The notes under the pieces: generated by a model
Told to the model about the DNA's origin: nothing
The model's database searches: none
The model's input: only the letters and a program-made list of their open reading frames with translations
Program-made: the position numbers and the translations under genes
Shown here: positions 43,823 through 47,137 of the stretch, piece after piece
Position numbering within the stretch: position 1 is the stretch's first letter
Layout of the letters: every line of letters starts with the position of its first letter
Source of the DNA: Acidimicrobiales bacterium
Lineage (GTDB): Bacteria > Actinomycetota > Acidimicrobiia > Acidimicrobiales > UBA8190
Assembly: GCA_035319705.1 (NCBI GenBank)
Contig: DATHCF010000409.1
Location: 1-47,137 of the forward strand
Reading direction: 5' to 3'
Length of the DNA: 47,137 nt

Positions 43823-45271
43823 TCAGGCCCGGACGGCGAACAATCTCCACGTCCCAGGCACACCCTTCAGCTCTCGCTCACCCCGGTCATCGAACTCGAT
43901 GCCCGAACCCACTACCAGGTCTGTCACCGTACGGGAAACGAGCACCTCTCCAGCCCCAGCGAGGGCTGACACCCGAGCCGCGATATGGACGGCAACTCCA
44001 GCCACACCGTCCCCACGGGATTCGATCTCTCCAGTATGAAGCCCTGCACGGATGTTGAAGCCAAGAGATCGGACGGCCTCGACGAGGCTGCGCGCACATT
44101 CGACGGCCCGTGCCGGACCATCAAAGACTGCCAATGCGCCGTCCCCCGTGGTGTTGACGTATCGACCTCGAAAGCGATCCAGTTCACGCCGAGTCAGTGC
44201 GTCGTAGTCGTCGAGGGTGTCTCGCCACCGTCGGTCACCGATCTCGGCCGCTTTTGCGGTTGAACCCACGATGTCGGTAAACATCACGGTGGCGAGCACC
44301 CGGTCAAGGACGCCGCTCGGCCGGATACCAGTCATGAGTTCTTCAACCGCGTCGAGGATGTCCTCGCTTTGACCAGCGAAGGGCCAGTGGTCATCGCCTT
44401 GCAGCTCAACGAGCCTGGCACCCTTGATGCGACTGGCGAGATGGCGACTGTGTTCACAGCGAACGTGATGGTCACCTGCTCTGCTGATCACGACGGTGGG
44501 TGTTTGGATACTGGCAAGGACATCTGTTACGTCGCTCTCCCAAAACGCCCTGGGGATCGCTGCGGAATCGGGCGTGGCCGAGAGGCGCTCGATGCGTCCC
44601 CATCGCCGTTTCGCCTCCACACTGCTCACGAAACTCGGAGCGATCACTTGGGTTATGTCGCCGGTCCCCCATCTGTTACGCATTGCTTCGACGTAGGCCG
44701 GAATCGCCTGGGGTGGCATGGCCCATGGAGATGCCTCGCTGCGCTGGTATCGGGCATAGCAGTTGACGAGCACCAAACTCATGGTCCTCTGGGGGTAAGT
44801 GGCAGCAAAGAGCATGGCTGCGAGACCGCTCTCTCCAAAGGCCATGATAGCTGCCCGTGGCGAGTCGGCGGCTGCCATCACCGTGCCAATGTCGTCCATC
44901 CAGGTTTGGACGGCCGGAACGTTCTGGGGGTCGAGGTGACCGGAGCTGCCGAATCCCCGAGGGTCAAAGGTGATGACGCGGCTAAAGGAGGCCAAGCGAC
45001 GCATGAACGAGCTGATCGACGGGTCCTCCCACATGAGGTCGATCAAGACGCCGCCGTTGAGTGGGAATACGAGGTCCATCGGGCCGTTGCCCAGGATTTG
45101 ATAGGCGAGGTAAGCGCCTTCGGTCGTCCTCGCGTAGCAGGTGTCGGGAGTCTCGGTCACCGCCGCACAGTCTGCCCAAAGGGAGGCGGGCCTGTTGTAC
45201 CCGCCAGTCAGCGCTCGTGTACCGGCTAGGGTTCGATCTGATCTGGGACTATGGTGAGTGATCGGGATCAC
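43823..45271 (-). CDS. alpha/beta hydrolase fused to a class III adenylate/guanylate cyclase (M. tuberculosis LipJ/Rv1900c-like architecture)
   Basis: N-terminal hydrolase fold (ITFDPRGFGSSG, AIMAFGESG). C-terminal cyclase VMFTDIVGSTA...NTTGDGALAVF...IRAGLHTGE...GVAVHIAARV...GERELKGVPG. An alternative GTG start lies at 45160. Confidence 0.85.
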   Translation of the reverse strand: MIPITHHSPRSDRTLAGTRALTGGYNRPASLWADCAAVTETPDTCYARTTEGAYLAYQILGNGPMDLVFPLNGGVLIDLMWEDPSISSFMRRLASFSRVITFDPRGFGSSGHLDPQNVPAVQTWMDDIGTVMAAADSPRAAIMAFGESGLAAMLFAATYPQRTMSLVLVNCYARYQRSEASPWAMPPQAIPAYVEAMRNRWGTGDITQVIAPSFVSSVEAKRRWGRIERLSATPDSAAIPRAFWESDVTDVLASIQTPTVVISRAGDHHVRCEHSRHLASRIKGARLVELQGDDHWPFAGQSEDILDAVEELMTGIRPSGVLDRVLATVMFTDIVGSTAKAAEIGDRRWRDTLDDYDALTRRELDRFRGRYVNTTGDGALAVFDGPARAVECARSLVEAVRSLGFNIRAGLHTGEIESRGDGVAGVAVHIAARVSALAGAGEVLVSRTVTDLVVGSGIEFDDRGERELKGVPGTWRLFAVRA

Positions 45272-45640
45272 TCGGCGTCGGAGTTATGGGGCAGTCGGCC
45301 AGCGGGCCTGGGAGCGAAGAAACGGCACCTTCCGACCGGGGTCGGGAATTGATGCAGTTACCGTGGACCCGCGGAATGGGGTTGACCTGATGTCGACATG
45401 ATCGCCCCGTAGTCGGTAGTGGTGGCAGACGAGCCTTTGGCTCGCCAAGTTATGTTCATCGAACCCCAGCCCTTTCGGTGTGACAAGGAAGGGCATCACC
45501 TTCTCGCCAGGCAGCAGCCCCGCTGTAGGCGCGGGACGCTCGCCTCGATCACGAAACGACCATCAGCTTGTAAAGTTCCGCCTCTCGTGACGTATTGCCT
45601 GGGAGTATCGTCGTGGCAGCACGAGGGAGAGGGGGCACCG

Positions 45641-46078
45641 ATGTACAAGACGATCCTGGTTGGGACGGACGGCTCGCCCACCGCTGACCAAGCGGTAGCA
45701 GTGGCGGCCGGCCTCGCTCGACAGTGGGGAGCCACGTTGCACGTCGTTACCGGCTTTCGATCAGGGTCGTCGGCCATGGCCGACCTTGCCGGTGCCGCCA
45801 TGGTCGATACGGGAGCAGGGACGGCGCTGCGGAGGGAGGCTGCCGATGACGTGGGCCGGCGGGCTGCAGAGTCGTGGTGCGACGGGGTCGACACCGAACT
45901 GCATGCCGTGGCTGGGGATCCTGCCGATGCCATCTTGAATACAGCCAACGGCGTCGGAGCCGACCTCATCGTGGTGGGCAGCAAGGGCATGCGAGGGGCA
46001 CGACGGATTCTGGGCAGCGTGCCCAACTCGGTGGCGCACGGGGCGGAATGCGCTGTGCTCGTCGTCAAGACCGACTAA
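45641..46078 (+). CDS. universal stress protein
   Basis: MYKTILVGTDGSPTADQAVAVAAGLA ... LIVVGSKGMRGARRILGSVPNSVAHGAECAVLVV, with a purine-rich SD before the ATG at 45641. Confidence 0.85.
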   Translation: MYKTILVGTDGSPTADQAVAVAAGLARQWGATLHVVTGFRSGSSAMADLAGAAMVDTGAGTALRREAADDVGRRAAESWCDGVDTELHAVAGDPADAILNTANGVGADLIVVGSKGMRGARRILGSVPNSVAHGAECAVLVVKTD

Positions 46079-46203
46079 TCAAGCGGATGAACGCCAAGAG
46101 TCTATCCCCGTGACATTCCACATGCGGTTGTGGACGAAGGGGATGGAAGGGACCAAGGTCCCGATGTCGTTCTTGCGTCCGTAACCTGCGTGGTAACTAT
46201 CCC

Positions 46204-46232
46204 TTGACTGTCTAACCCTCAGCTTATACAAT
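46204..46232 (+). promoter_or_regulatory. near-consensus promoter TTGACT-N17-TACAAT, 6 nt before the transposase ATG (implies a leaderless mRNA)
   Basis: TTGACT at 46204-46209, a 17-nt spacer, TACAAT at 46227-46232, and ATG at 46239. Confidence 0.4.
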
Positions 46233-46238
46233 GGGGGT

Positions 46239-47137
46239 ATGCCTCCCGTAGATCGCAAGACTCCGACCAGGGCAAGAACCTCGGAGTCCCGCTACTCGCT
46301 CATGGAGTTCCAGGCCCGCTATCCCGACGATGACGCCTGCCTGGAGTTCCTGTGGCGGACCCGCTTCGCCCCGGATGGGGAGCACGCCGTCTGCCCGAAG
46401 GAAGGCGTCGAGCGGGTGTTCCGCAAGTACCAGATGGTCAACCGAAACACCTCGTGGACGTGCACGGGGTGTGGCCACCACGTGCACCCGACAGCGGGGA
46501 CGATCTTTCACAAGTCGTCCACATCGCTTCACCTGTGGTTCTACGCCATGTACATCATGGCCAGCACCCGTTGTGGCATCTCGGCGAAGCAGTTGGAGCG
46601 CGAGCTGGGAGTCACGTACAAGACCGCATGGCGGATGTTCAACCTCATCCGCAACCAACTGATGACCCAGGACGAGACGACGACCCTGGGCGGGAAAGTC
46701 GAGGCCGACGAGACCTACCACGGCGGCCGTCGCAAGGGCCGGACGGGGCGCCCTGGGGCTGGCGATAGGCAGAAGACGCCGGTGTTTGGCATGGTCGAGC
46801 GCAAGGGGCATGGCGGGCGTGTGGTGGCACTCACGGTGGACAACGTCAAGGCAACGACGCTGCTCCCGCACATGCGCAAGCGCATCCTCCCGGCATCGGT
46901 CGTGTTTACCGACGAATACCAGTCCTATGCCCAGTTGTCCCGCAACGGCTACACGCACCAGCGGATCAATCACTCCGAGGGTGTCTATGTGAGCGGAGAT
47001 GTCCACACGAACACCATCGAAGGGTTCTGGTCGCTTGTGAAGCGAGGCATCTCGGGGACGCATCACGCAGTCTCCGCCAAGTGGCTACAGGGGTATTTGA
47101 ACGAGTATGCCTGGCGGTACAACCACCGCCGCGACCC
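46239..47137 (+). CDS. IS1595-family (ISXO2-like) DDE transposase, 3' end beyond the window
   Basis: Not in the ORF track because there is no stop inside the window. N-terminal zinc ribbon CPKEG...CTGCGH, HTH ISAKQLERELGVTYKTAWRM, VEADETYHGG, FTDEYQSY, HTNTIEGFWSLVKR, YLNEYAWRYNHR. Confidence 0.85.
   Translation, partial: MPPVDRKTPTRARTSESRYSLMEFQARYPDDDACLEFLWRTRFAPDGEHAVCPKEGVERVFRKYQMVNRNTSWTCTGCGHHVHPTAGTIFHKSSTSLHLWFYAMYIMASTRCGISAKQLERELGVTYKTAWRMFNLIRNQLMTQDETTTLGGKVEADETYHGGRRKGRTGRPGAGDRQKTPVFGMVERKGHGGRVVALTVDNVKATTLLPHMRKRILPASVVFTDEYQSYAQLSRNGYTHQRINHSEGVYVSGDVHTNTIEGFWSLVKRGISGTHHAVSAKWLQGYLNEYAWRYNHRRD

Noticed and set aside
1-47137. CRISPR arrays, rRNA genes, complete tRNA genes
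   Set aside because: There are no regularly spaced 25-40 bp repeats anywhere and no rRNA-like conserved blocks. The only GGTTCGA/TTCGAGT-type T-loop signatures (5776 and 43011) lack the rest of a cloverleaf.

Overview
High-GC, Actinomycetota-like chromosomal DNA (F420/LLM oxidoreductase, many P450s and Amidohydro_2 genes, universal stress proteins, overlapping start/stop codons). All family names come from motif reading by eye, with no database search. Layout: (1) 1-5.8 kb looks like the end of an integrated element. It carries a SAM methyltransferase and a 790-aa archaeo-eukaryotic primase (AEP)/SF2 helicase fusion sitting directly behind a HigBA-like toxin-antitoxin cassette whose toxin is frameshifted. 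It ends at a 42-nt 3' half of tRNA-Arg(ACG), an att-like scar. (2) 5.8-12.6 kb mixes tandem repeats and gene fragments (alpha/beta hydrolase tail, CBS remnant, IS110 stub, shattered Ig-like adhesin) with intact USP, F420-dependent oxidoreductase, GHMP kinase and serine hydrolase genes. (3) 12.6-20.3 kb is a divergent oxidative cluster (three Amidohydro_2 paralogues, P450, VOC, Baeyer-Villiger monooxygenase) around an intergenic region with two identical CTGACG-N4-CGTCAG palindromes. (4) 20.4-29.6 kb holds accessory and signalling genes: a secreted protein, a run of small ORFs, an HTH protein, a GNAT cut by an in-frame TAG, an orphan receiver, a SnoaL-like protein, a VOC protein, a DUF2510 protein and a CHASE-GGDEF-EAL protein. 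(5) 29.7-34.9 kb has a fourth amidohydrolase, an HSL-type esterase, a second P450 and a MerB-like gene with an in-frame TGA at codon 9. (6) 35.2-42.0 kb is a gamma-glutamylation (Puu/GlnA4-like) amine catabolism operon. (7) 42.1-47.1 kb has a CC-motif small protein, a 540-bp repeat-rich ORF-poor stretch ending in a second tRNA-like fragment, a secreted protein, a LipJ-like hydrolase-cyclase, a USP and an IS1595 transposase running off the window. The best candidate for an undescribed system is the TA-linked AEP primase-helicase module at the tRNA-fragment boundary. A secondary theme is the density of disrupted genes, at least seven loci.
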